Below, one piece after another: positions 1 to 12,600 of a DNA stretch of 64,000 bases. Under the pieces are notes generated by a model that was not told where the DNA came from, did not search any database, and saw only the letters and a program-made list of their open reading frames with translations. Both the position numbers and the translations under genes were made by a program. The DNA is from Phoronis australis (taxonomy: Eukaryota > Animalia > Phoronida). Numbering within the stretch: the first letter of the stretch is position 1; every line of letters begins with the position of its first letter. The stretch is from positions 2,504,916-2,568,915 of the forward strand of contig NMRA01000003.1 in NCBI GenBank assembly GCA_002633005.1, read 5' to 3'.

Positions 1-286
1 AATTGTTCTTGGTTCAGTGAGACATGATCTAGTCATTACTTTATGGGATGAATAGAGGGGCAAGATATCCAATCCTCCGCACTGGATTAAAGGTCCTATT
101 GTTTCATTGAGAAATAGTCTAGTAATTACTAGAGAACCATGGTGTTCATTTGCCTACCACACTGGGTTAAGTGTCCATGTTGTAGTGAGAAATCATCTAA
201 TCATTACTTTACAGGATGAATAGAGGGTCGTGGTTAAAAGTCTATGTTGTCTATGTTTGAGTGAGACATGATCCAATTTGTTACAG

Positions 287-1286
287 GTGCAAAAGTTGTT
301 CCTAGGTGAGAATGATAAAGTCAAGCTGTGGACTTTGTTCTGTGCTGATGAGGACTATAACACAGCACGTGCTGCTGCAGGAGGGCTAGCGATGTTGTCG
401 CAAGAACAGAAAGTGTGCGAGAAAGTAACTAAGGTAAAACTTTTTGGGAATTGCTAGTTCATTGTCTTGCTGGACATTTCACTCAGCGCTTCCCATTTAA
501 AAAGGGACTTTCCCACTTTGTCCCAAACTGAAGTGTAATATTATTTTGTCTTTAAATTTGGTGTGTAATCGATCATTACCCCCTCTCGATTACAAACCAA
601 ATTTAAAGACAAAGTACTATTACATTTTTAGTTTGGGACAAAGTGGGAAAGTACATTTTTAAATGCAAAATGCTTTCATGCAAATGGACTTCTCTTGTTT
701 GTGTTCGTTTCATTGAATTTTTGTGCTTCATTCGTGACATGCACTTGAATGCGTCTTCACTGCCCATTGAAAATTAAAAGAATAATCAAGTCTATGGCCG
801 ACATTATGCAAGAGCTGGTTGTAGAATACCGTAAGGTTCCCCCCATGGATATATTTTAACACTAACATGCTGGTTACTAGATGGTAAGACTTGTTGTATT
901 CGGACTATATGCAAGTGTGTGCTTTAAGCTGTCGCCACATGTTAGTTTTATGGCCTTTAAATCATTGTGTCATGTCAGTGTTGTGAGATGTAATTGACAT
1001 GTAAATGTTGCCTCCCTATTCACAGGTGAAGGACTTCCACGAGGTACTGATGGGTATCATGGCCAGTGATCAGCCAGAGATGCAGCACCGGGCCTCGTGT
1101 ATAGTTCTTAACATGATGTGTGCCAGCAAGACTGTGGCCGAGACGATCTGTGACACCAAGCTGTTGGAGGTTCTGTTGGCAGTGTCCAGACCAGAGTCTG
1201 GAAGTATGGAGCAGGCTAGGGAGAATGCTAAGAAGGCCCTACAAGTTGCAGCTGACCACGGCTTGATACAATCTACTGGACAGTAG
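287..1286 (+). CDS. UNC45: UNC-45 myosin chaperone, last two coding exons (UCS domain C-terminus); gene begins upstream of the window
   Basis: Exon 287-433 (ttacag|GTG...AAG|gtaaaa, 147 nt) = VQKLFLGENDKVKLWTLFCADEDYNTARAAAGGLAMLSQEQKVCEKVTK; exon 1026-1286 (cacag|GTG, phase 0) = VKDFHEVLMGIMASDQPEMQHRASCIVLNMM...ALQVAADHGLIQSTGQ*. Matches the recognisable UNC-45 C-terminal motifs (NDRVKL..., RAAAGxLAML, QHR, GLI). Confidence 0.88.
496..664. repeat. Foldback/palindromic element (MITE-like hairpin) in the last UNC-45 intron
   Basis: Arms of ~75 bp: tttcccactttgtcccaaact...tttgtctttaaatttgg..tgtaatcga and tcgattacaaaccaaatttaaagacaaa...agtttgggacaaagtgggaaa are reverse complements around a short loop. 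Confidence 0.8.
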
Positions 1287-1919
1287 CTACCATTCTCATA
1301 AGACTAACCAGGACTTTTTAAACTAGCCAATGAACTATATTTACCATCCTGTTAACTGATGATTGTGGCTTCGTAAAAACCACTGCCATTACCATTCTAG
1401 TGGTAAGTGCTGGCCATGGGATGATACAAGTCCCTGGCTACTTATTACCTTATTACCGGTAGCAACTGATAATTGCTTCATACAGTCCTCTGCATAGCAT
1501 CCTGCTCTTCCAGTATGTGTTGACGGCCATTGTGGCACGCAAGCTCAATGCCTTCATGTTTCTGTTATGAAAATGTTAAACCTATACTGACTGAGGGTAT
1601 AGATTTACTTGACGATCTTGACTGTTTGTAAAGGGGCAGCACAATATTAGCTTCATTTAACTTTTCGTAGATTGTGCATTAAAGAAGTATGAATTGTACA
1701 AACTCACATTGGACCTCTGAGATGAGTAGAGCTTACTGTTAATTATTGGTGTGTGTTAATTATTTATGGTGTGGTTTAGAAATTAGTAATGTATAGTTTT
1801 GTTTCACAGAAACATATTTGGCACTTTTTTACTTTTTGTGCAGTTTTGCTTATTTGTGTGGTATAGAATATCATGTGCAGTTAATATTAGTGATGAAGTT
1901 ATGTTGACTACCTGTCGGA

Positions 1920-2848
1920 TTTTTAGGCGCCCACGAAAAATTTTGTGGTCGCATTTAGTCAGCAGTCTGTCCATCCGTCTGTCATTACCTCTGCTTGTTG
2001 GTGGAATATCTCAAAAAAAAATAAGACAGGTCACAAAATCTGGCACGGCATTATATGGCACAGACATGCTGGCACCAGTCAAATTTCAGACAAATCTGAC
2101 TAACCTCACTCCTATTCCCCACCCCACCCCACCCCACCCCACCCCACCCCACCCCATGCCTGTTATCCTGATTTTCTAGCTTTTTCGATTCAGTTAATGT
2201 CATATCGGCTTGACAGATTTTGTTGAAACTTTCCACAAGGACTATGGCTGGGGTGCACCGGCACCTATCGATTTTTGTTCGTATTTGACTTCTGTGGCAC
2301 CCCCTGATGGTTCCTATATGAAAGCTGAAAGTCAACTATTGCTGGTACATCCCAGCCATTCACCTAAGGTACACCAAAAGATCTCTCTAGCCATTGTGAT
2401 TATAATAGACAGACAACATTTTGTTGCTCCGAAATGTCTGACAAGGAGTGCTATTAGTAGTTGAATCTGACACATAATTGTCTGGTGCCTATATAAACCC
2501 GTCTTATATATTTGCATTAGGTTCCATCAAAATTTGGCAAGTTGTTTTACAATAATCGACAGATATAAAATCTTACCATGAACCAAAGTGGTTGACGGGG
2601 TGCTATTGCAGTCAATTCTGTGTGAGAGTGGATTATTGTAAATCCATCCCAGTTTGATATTTCTGTGTCAAATTTCGTCAAAATCTGTCAAGCTGTTTTG
2701 ACAACGATTGATGGACAAGCAATATATTGTCGAAATCTAAAATGACCAAATTAGTTTTAATTACAAGAGACTAGACGTATACAGTCTTAGAAGCATGCTG
2801 TTTGCAGTGCAGCTGTGGGTACATTCAGCGCTTTGTATTGCTCTTGTT
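1920..2848 (+). mobile_element. Non-autonomous Helentron/DINE-1-like element (short, degenerate copy) containing a (CCCCA)n microsatellite at ~2117-2155
   Basis: Starts ttttaggcgcccacg..stem-loop..gtctgtccatccgtctgtc and ends ttagaagcatgctgtttgcagtgca...tgtgggtac...attgctcttgtt; the same termini as the 35830-37613 copy. Confidence 0.6.
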
Positions 2849-5290
2849 GGCTTCTCATGCCCCTTTATTAATCATGGATGAATATTTCAGAGTGAAGCAA
2901 ATGTGTTACTGAATCTCAGCTTTAGTGAACAAAAACGAAGTTAGAGTAGTGAAATTTTGTTGGTGATTCAAAGATTTGTAGGGAGAGCAGTAATTGTTTT
3001 GCAATTAGATTTAGATATTTGCATGACATGAGTAAAGATGTTACGTACATGGTGCTAACAATTTTGGAATGTTACATTACAGTTTTCTAAAAAATAAACA
3101 ATCCTAGAAACGTTTTTTCTGTTTTGCATCAAATGACAGTTAGGTATGTCGTGGTGACCCTTCACATTGTCACATGTTCCACTGTGTCTCGTTCAAAGAA
3201 GCGTTGCAGTACCGCCGAAAACTTGCCTTTTGGCAGCTTAGATTTTTTTAGAATTTTTACTATAGCAATGCGGCACTCAGTCCTATTTTAATGCTGTACC
3301 TTATTACACCATGGATTGAATGGAGTATACTTCTTCTGAAGGTAGATTCACCAAAGGAAATTTGATTTTTTTAAGTTGGTGAAGTTGAGTGGACCAGTTG
3401 CTGCATGTGGTTATTACCACAAAATAGTGCACAACAAATATTGTTTGGTTGTTTATTATGAATATTACAAGTACAACAAGCAGCACCACAAACAACTAAC
3501 CAAGTGATTGACAGATCTTTTAAAGCACCACACAATGCAGATCTCTTTGATTAACTAAATACAAAGCCACGCTTATCAATTATACTATAACTTAATAATT
3601 GCAAGCCTTATACACCATAAACCGCTTACATTCCACATTGAGCTTTTACAAGTTTGAACTAAGGACATTTATCCATATAAACTCAAACTTTTGCCAAGCC
3701 GTGACTTCATCAGAGCACTATTTTGAAAATAATATTCAGAATCCATTTGCAAAAATAAACACTTTAAAACAGCAGTAAAATCTGGTCAGTTGCATATCTC
3801 GAGAAGGAAGTGATCGAGAAGTCCATTTTTGCTGTGGTGCAAGTGACCTGGATAGAGTTCAGTGACACTAGGACCTCACTAAAATCTAGCTAAAATTACG
3901 TATTTTCTTTCAAAATACATGGTGACATCTTGCGAAGTCTTACTTTTTATTGAGGTCCTAACCTTACTGAACGACTGGCTAGCTTACGGAGGACATATTT
4001 TTACGGAATGGCGCTCGTTGACAAGATGAAGCCACTGCACTCGTATGCTACATAATTCAGTGGAGTACTTTACACTCTTAATCTACGCTGATTTATAATG
4101 TTTGCAAGGTGTTATTGTTGGGTAATGTTCCACTGTTTACAAAATGAATAATAATCCCACAACATTCATAAATTAGTCAGATAGAGTGAAAGCTAAATAT
4201 TATAAAAAGCAATTAGCTGACCGTACAACGTGTCACCACAGTATCACAATATTAACACCAGGCTTGACCTATAAGCTTAAAAGCACTTCATGTGACAGTG
4301 TAACCTGTTGCAGAAGCGTAATTATTATGCTACAATAAAATGGTCACTCGGGTACCAAGTTGGTTTAAAGCCAGCAACCCGTACTAAAAGTTAAAAGATG
4401 ATCATTTTGTCCAAGCATATGTATTCAGCAAGGATAACACAGCACACACAAGTTAATTTTGTACAGTTACTGGAAGAGCCTAGGATTTTACCACTACAGT
4501 ATTGTCTATTGTGTTGGTTAGAGTACCAACCAATGGTGTACCTAGGATTGCTGCCATATAGGGCACAAGATAAAGGTGCCCCTGGCTGCACACCAGCTAC
4601 TAGTTCCCTAAATTTTAATACCTGGCTCCGTCATCACCATCAAAAAATGATGTTACCATTATGATAGTTTGTTGGTTCTGCATGACTGCTAGGTTAGTCA
4701 GTGGAATTTAAATGTGCCCTAGCATCATAGTTTTACGTTCAAAAAGTGAACGCGACTAGTAACAAGTCCTGCATACCCAGAGACATGACTACTCTCTTGG
4801 GACATTGCGGACAAGTGGAATGCAAAAACATTACAAAAAATATAACTAATACACACATAATAAAAGCCGTAAAATCGTTGAGCAATCTGCAGGTTATAAG
4901 ATCTGTAAAATGAGGTGAATTGGTTTATGATCACATTATCACATCAAAAAACCAAATATATGCTTGCCAAACATACTCACTGTCCATTTAACAATATTCT
5001 AACACAATTACTATTTGTCTACTGTTTAAACATTGATTGTTAATCCGTGAAACTACATTCAACAATCACCAGGGTAAAACGGAAATTTTACTTTGGGTGC
5101 ATTACAGACTTAAAACATCTTCTGTGCAAAACAGCACTGAATTTCATGCTTAACAACTCCATAACACAGTGAAATCTCATTAATTAAGGGTACAAAATAG
5201 CAGACAATGGAAACGTCATTTTACGTTTCTTTCAAAAAAGTTTTTGAACATTTTAAGGTTTTATACAGATGTCTACTTGATCAAGACAAA

Positions 5291-5436
5291 ATATATATCT
5301 GTGACAACTGCAACAGAATATGCCACTCCAGAATCGGACTTTTCAGCAACAGACGGCGCTGCAATCCAACCACTGACAGACAGTGGGTGCACATCCATTG
5401 TCTCTTGAGACAGATGGCTGTCGACTACCATTACTA
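5291..5436 (+). mobile_element. 3' terminal fragment of an RTE-like LINE (C-terminal zinc-finger remnant plus 3' UTR)
   Basis: Translation YICDNCNRICHSRIGLFSNRRRC resembles the CxxC..SRIGL.SH C-terminus of RTE ORF2; followed by ccattgtctcttgagacaga and a short (ACT)-like tail. Confidence 0.65.
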
Positions 5437-6602
5437 TCACCAAACAATGTTTTGAAAAATAGTGGGCATTCAAAACAATGTTCGAAGCTTTTGAAAAATA
5501 AAGAAGACCAATTCTGTCAATTAGTTTTGTCTAAATTTGGAGAGATTTTATCAGATTCTCTACGCTATCAGGATACTAACAGAATGTGCATTTTAATGCA
5601 TTTTCATTCTAGGCATCTTGAGTTTCCTGAGATTAACATAGCAGAAGTCGGAGCGTTCACACTTACATTGAACTTCAGCATTTTCGATTAACTTGGTAAT
5701 TCGTTTGGACAAGATAGACGATGGGACATTGGTTGCACCCAAAAAAGATGCAACTGCAATTTAAATGTCTACACCCAGTGTCCACATGAGCTCTTGGAAA
5801 CCAACAAAAAGGTGGACATCTGAGCCTATCAACATTTGTAGAGTGAATCACGCCTCTTAAGAAACAACACAATGATCTAAATAAGAAAAACTTGAAAATA
5901 ACACAATTCCTGATGATAGACATATCACAAAGAGATTAAATTTTGCAAATAATTCAAATAAAAATATATTGTATATAAATTATGAACTTGGACAAAAACA
6001 GTGCATACAGATTCACCCCCAATCGGACTGATGACATGCATATTTTTAGCTAGCATAGAAAGAAACTGAAAATTATCCTTCAACAATCCTTGAAAGTAAA
6101 GGTAACTCTTCAAAATAGCACTCATGGTGCTGAACACAAAACAATGAGTTGTGTTGTTAAAACTGATTCTTGAACTTAACACGATAATTCTTAACCGCAA
6201 AGATTTTTTCAGAATGAATATTACCGTACTATAAGTGGTAAAATATGTCAAGTTGAAATACTAATTTTACTTCACATCTGACCCTACATTATACATTTCA
6301 TAGACCATAAACTCTATATATAATGCTAAAACACATGTTCTGTGCAGTGAAACATTGCTTGACACTCAACTCAGCAGCACTACCATCATGACATCTCGCA
6401 AGTGACACCTAGTGAGTGCTGCAGTATAACTTCCCACATGTTCATATTTCTACTGAAACGCGTAACAAAAAAGGTGATTACTGAAAAGACACTACTCAGG
6501 CATAGCTGGCTTCTCCACTAAAATCTGTTGGCTGTCATCAACAATAACACAAGACCACCTTAACTGTTGCAAGATAAGCTGCGTGCACCAGTTGCTCCTC
6601 TG

Positions 6603-9600
6603 TTAGAAGTCTGAGTACTCGGAATCAGTATACACTTGCTGAAATCCTTCTATACCTTCCGAGCCTAAACACTTGAGCAAGTTGTCACGGATACCAGCTG
6701 TCAATACTTTCTTGAAAAACTGTAAAATGCAAATACTTCGATAAAAAATGTAACAGTAATTGATTAACAATTATTCTATTTTTAACTGAGGTGTATTACA
6801 CTGTTTCCATCACAGCTCTGAAACACTGCTAGTAATAAAAATGGTGTGCAAAGTTAAACCAGCCTTCTGTGCTTACACGAACTGTGACGTCTGCCACATA
6901 TACCATCACATCCGCAGATGAAACAACAAAACTCAACATTCATTTGACTCCTGATATTTGACAGCTGAGCTCTAGGGCTAAAGGGCCTCAAAATAAAATT
7001 CCAGATAGAATTACACTTTTGCAGTTGATAGAGTATGAAAAACTTTCATGTGGAAAATTCTTTGATCTCCAAGAGAAAACCCAGTCTTCAAGAAAACGTT
7101 AGTGGAATTTTGATAAGATTCTGCGATCATCAAGTATTTTGAATACAGCTTTATAACTCTGCTACTAATAGTTTAAGAAATTCCATCCTTCATGAAGAAA
7201 TCTTATTACCTTAAATCACTTAATCAACACTCCAAGTAAAGTGCCAACAATTTATAATTAACTAAACAACGAACTTAATAATAAGTGTTTAAAATCAAAG
7301 ACTTTATAAACTCGCCTTGCCTTATGTCACAAAAGCAATTTTTGATTTAGATCATTTATCATTATGTAGTCAGTCTCAAGTTCTTCCTCAGTCAAAAAAA
7401 AGTGATTTCCAGACTTCAGAGACTGCTTGTTATTGTTTGAGTGACACCAGTCTCTACATGTTGACTTGCCACTGCTGGTCACCCTAGTCACCGAGCATGG
7501 TCTCTAGCAATAACAAGCGTGTCATTTATCTGTGCGATCAAAAATCACTTCTCATCTGACTACAGCTACAAGACGGATTCATAGCCACTTAAAGTTGCTA
7601 AGTACGAGCACAAGCAGTAAGTCTAAGTGAAGTGTATTATTCGAGCCTGTACACCACTTGTAAGATTTTCATCACAACTGATGAGCCAAACAGCTGAGAA
7701 CATTTAAAAGATAAAGTGGGGTGTGTCGGGATTGGGATTATCATCATCACTTTCAAGCAGGATTTTACTCAAATGGTTCATGCGCCTAATTCCTGATATA
7801 CACCTACATAATTATTTATAGAGTAAGAAGGCAAGACATTTGGAAAGTCATGTTAAAATTAAATTTTATGTTGTTTACCTGTCAAACACTTACGTCATTT
7901 CCTGGACTAATGCTTTCAATTTCTTTCAAACATTGCTTTTCTGAGGCAAGTTTTAGCTTGACGATGTTATTAAGGACCGTATTTTGACCATGGTCCATGC
8001 TGTAAAACCAAAAAAGGTCTCAATACAGTCAGTTGTAATTCAGTAATTATTAAAAGCTGCATTTTTCACTGTTTAGCTAAATCCAAACAAAAATCGAATT
8101 GGTTCCATAAATTTACTTAGGGCTGTTCCAGTAAAATCCATGTGGGAGGGGGGACGGCAGTAGAAATAAAAATTCATGGGTGGTGGTCTTCAGAAAAAAA
8201 CACAAATTATGGGTGGTCGTTCCTGTAAGAAGTGACACATTAAAAATGGGTGGTATTTTTTGTCCTGTTAATGTTGACAGGTTGGTTACTTCAGCCCTCA
8301 AAACTCGAAACAAGCCAATACAAAAAAGCCCATATTGCTAGTGAACAAACAGAGTGCAATATGTTCACTAAGCCATTAATCAAGTCATGGGCAACTTGAT
8401 TTGAGCCAACTGTTTGTCTGCAGTCCTATTGAATTGAAAAGTTATGCAACAATAAACTGGTGTTAACACATATAAGAAAATTGATGATTTTTAAATAAAA
8501 ATTATGAGGAGTAAGATAAACAAGTTCCAATATTCACTCAACAAAGAAGTATAAAAGATATCGTGGAGACAGTTTGAGTTTCATAGATCCTTATAATTGA
8601 AAAAAATGTTTATTAAAATTATAGACACATGGTGAACAGAGACACCTGGTGGCTGCCAAAAGTATTGCTCACAGGCTACTTTAGTTTTTGACAATATTGG
8701 ACAAGACAACTAGTTCTTGTCTGTCAATCATCTAAGTTTTTAACAGGTCCTCCTGGAGGCAGTTTGTTTGCAAATGTTGGATTTTATGTTTTAACCTATT
8801 AAAAATAATTAAAAACTTATGGGTCATGGGTTGGAGAAATAAATGAAAAATATGGGCGGTGGGTACGAAATAAAAGTGCCTTCCCCTCCCTCCCATACAG
8901 ATTTTGCTGGAACAGCCCTTACTATAATACGATTCTACATCACTCACTAACAAGAACAAAACCATCAGCAACCCAAGAAAATGATTTGAAGATCATCACA
9001 CCCTAAAATAATGCATGTTCTCATTGCCCGTGAGTTGAGTGGCCAGCTCACTCAGCAACAATTCAAACGTAGAGTGAGCATGATAATGCTTTACACCCCA
9101 AATTGCTTCAGTTAAGAATTCGACACTGACAACTAAACAGCAGCAAAATGCCCCTTGAAGAGTTTCACTGCAAAATGAGATGCCAGTCGAAATTGAAATG
9201 TTACCATGATGCCAACTATCAACAGTGTCAAATTTTCAGGAAAAAATGAATCATCCCACAGTGTCACATGATCCCACAAGCACGTATTTGTTCCAAAATA
9301 CGATATACGCCTGACAAGTTCAGATTTCAATTTTGGCAGATATCCCGTTTTACAACTCAAAAACGATGCCTAGTATTCAGGGACAAGAATGGTTCTGGTA
9401 TGAAATTTCACCATATTAACTGGTTGTGCATTTCACACTGCAATATAAGAACTGAAACCGTCAAATGTTACCTTTTAGATCTCACAATATTTATGATGTC
9501 AATGCATGCAAAGTTGAGTGCCAAGATCTCGTGGTCCCAGACAGGATCAGGCAGTAACTTCATATCCATCTGACGATCAGCGTCTAAACCCGCACCTTTC

Positions 9601-12600
9601 ATCAGCTCTTTGACGGCTTTAACGCAGCATGACTCTCTCCACATCTGATCTTCCCAGTTCACCATGCAAGGAACTAACTGATAAAACAGTGGCTTGAAAG
9701 GCAGAGTTCCCATGTGAATGGGATACAAAACAGGTCCGTTTTTTGATGAGCGATGGCGACCTAACGCATGATGAAATTCATCAGTCGTCTTCCTAGTGAT
9801 CGTGTAGACCGAGGTCACTAGAGCTACAACCAGGTCACACTTTTCTAGAGCCGACACCATGTCAGTGTCGCTAGAAATAGTAAACGTAGTCTGTATCTCA
9901 GGCGCCATGCAAGCCAGCAATCTGTTCAGATAAGCAGCATACTTTTCAGTCAAGTTGGTGTAACTTATTCCAATATGGCAATGACGAGTTTCAACAGAAT
10001 TCACGCCACCATCAATGTTCAAAACGTTCACTCTATTCTCGAACAATTGTTGTCTGTGTTGCTCACAAACTTCACTCAGATTCAGTGGAACCTGAAATTG
10101 AAATAGAAAAATATTATTAATAAAAACTTATCAGTAACACAGCAACTGTTCACTGGATTGAACACAGAACTGATATAAACTTCACATAAGGATCTATTTT
10201 TACAGCTCAGCACATACAAAATTGCCTTGTTAAAGTGTCCAATCACATGTAAACTTTACTAAATACTTAGCAACATTGAAATATGGTGTCTTCAACTTCC
10301 CAAAATGAAAAAGCAGACGATAACTAACTTTAATCAAAACCCACACAGTGTCATTATGACAAGTGAAAGGCATACACCGTCTGGTACTTCAACTCAGATT
10401 GAGTTTGAAATGGTTCCTAATCATGTCGATTGCTCGGATCCAAACAAAGGGGACTCAGAACAGTCTTCCTGATATATCAGGCAGTTAGTGTGTCGAAGTT
10501 CATGAACATCTATTGGCAAAGTATAAGATGCCATAGAACAGGACAGCTGGGGTGTAATCTCGGCTCTCAAAACTCGCAGGAAACACGTCAATCTTGGATG
10601 GTGTGGCTCAGGTCACATAGTTAAACAAGTCAATTTACAACATGGTTTACTTTGACTGAAACATGGTGTTCACCCGCCCAGCACAAGAGTAATTCGTTTC
10701 CAAAAAAAGAAGTATACCATACATATATACAGTTGCAAAAGGTTTTACTTTAACAATCATAAAATTAAATAAAATTTCAACTGGTACTGCAATGTATCAG
10801 CCCTCTAGTGTATGACATTTAGTGCAATGGACTAAATATAGATTAATTACTAGCTTGTTAACAATTCTTGCCTCAACAGTACTGAAGACATGGTCATCAA
10901 CAACATCTCTCATCAGCCAGTTCTCAACAGCTGCCAACACTTCATGGATAACTTGAGTGTAATGCTCCCTGCCATCCAAGATGGGAACTTGGGAGGACGC
11001 AAAAGGAATTTCTCCAATCGTTTCTATGGCAATGGGTACCAAGAAAAACTGAGAGTCACCTCCTTTTTCCTGCAATAACTTTAGATTATTAACATTCAAC
11101 ACAACTTGGTAAATAAAATTTTCATTAATTTTGCACATGTCAGGTGTAATTGACAAAAAGTCATGTTTTATTATTCAAAGCCAGATAAACTTGTTGCAAA
11201 TAATGGAAATGTTATCAAATACTGTATTGAGACATCCACTCTGTACAGACTGAGATAGTGATAGACTTAATCTTTATTTTTGTTAGAGAAATTTGACAAA
11301 GTGACATTTCATTTTTTGCCTAGAGCTAAATTAGAGAAGAATTATCATGTATGAAGAAGATGATAAATTAATGCTATGCCTAATATAGTTTACAAGGTTA
11401 AAATTAAGAAAATGACAATGCCAAACCGCAGAAGATAACAAATTAAAACTAAACATTACTAAAAAGTTTTCTGCAGGGGAAACTTACTATGTGTTGTTAT
11501 GTGACAGAGAATTTATTTTGCTGAACTCACCCAACACATGTGTTTTGCCAAGGCGAGATTATACTCCTCAGTACACACCAAAGACTTGATATACTCATTG
11601 GATATGAGGGCCAGCATACACCTGGCGCCATCTACAGCATAGTACAGAGACTGCTGCCATGTGGAACCTGAAGCAAAAGTAAGGTAACCTAGTAAGTTTT
11701 TCCCTGAAACACCAGAATTATAAAGTTTGTATAAAACAAAGGCAACGGAACTATGAACTTGGTTAAACTAATAAAGAAACAGTTTTGAGTCTCAGATATT
11801 GTGTCTTTTTCAGACGCTTGTTAAGAACTGATGAGTTTGAGGAAATGTGTGCAGAACTTTATGCAATACATTACCCTGTGTCTTAAAGCAGTTATCACGA
11901 AGAAAGATGAACCAACTTTTTTTTTCATCAGCGGTGGACAAAGCAGACAAGTGCAAGACATAAATGGGTCACGTAAATGGGTCGTGTAAGACTTATGGAT
12001 GTCATGGTAACAGTAGTTAAGATTATGTAGGACCTTACAAAAATGTCTAATTTTTGCCAACTTCAGAACATCATAAGTCTCCAAAATGGCTCCATGGGTT
12101 TCACATGAAACTTTAACATACTAGGCTACATACACTGTTCTACAAAACAATGAGAGGAATTGTTTTTGAAATATTCTACTTTTGCAGCAAAAGCTATCAA
12201 AAATAGGACTTACATGAATTTTAAGAAAAAAATAAAGTTGCATAAAACGAGAACGAAACAATAATTTAGAAAACTGTAAGATTATATCTTGAACATTTAT
12301 ACTAAGTGAAATTAGGTCATGACATTGATCTGTTGTTTTGTTAAGAATGTACCTTTCGTTTTAGCTAAATTTTCTTAAAAAAGGCACGATCACGTGACCT
12401 AATTAATGGCAAATCCAATTCTGACAAATTTCTACTCTTAGAAAATATAATTTTTCTCTGTGTCAAGTTCTATAGTTTTGTAGATGAGTTGCCAAATGTA
12501 GACTTGTCGATAACGTCCTACATAACATTAAAGTGAAATGACTAATGAAAGACCTGAACGGTAGCTGAGAAGCAAAGTTTTAAAATGTGCTATGACTTGC

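Noticed and set aside
1799-2517. Overlapping ORFs with PHPTP / GWGGV repeats
   Set aside because: Translations of a (CCCCA)n microsatellite inside a repeat element downstream of UNC-45.
7678-7705. CTGATGAG motifs (also near 345, 11828, 43851) as hammerhead ribozymes
   Set aside because: No stem II followed by GAAA and no flanking helices.
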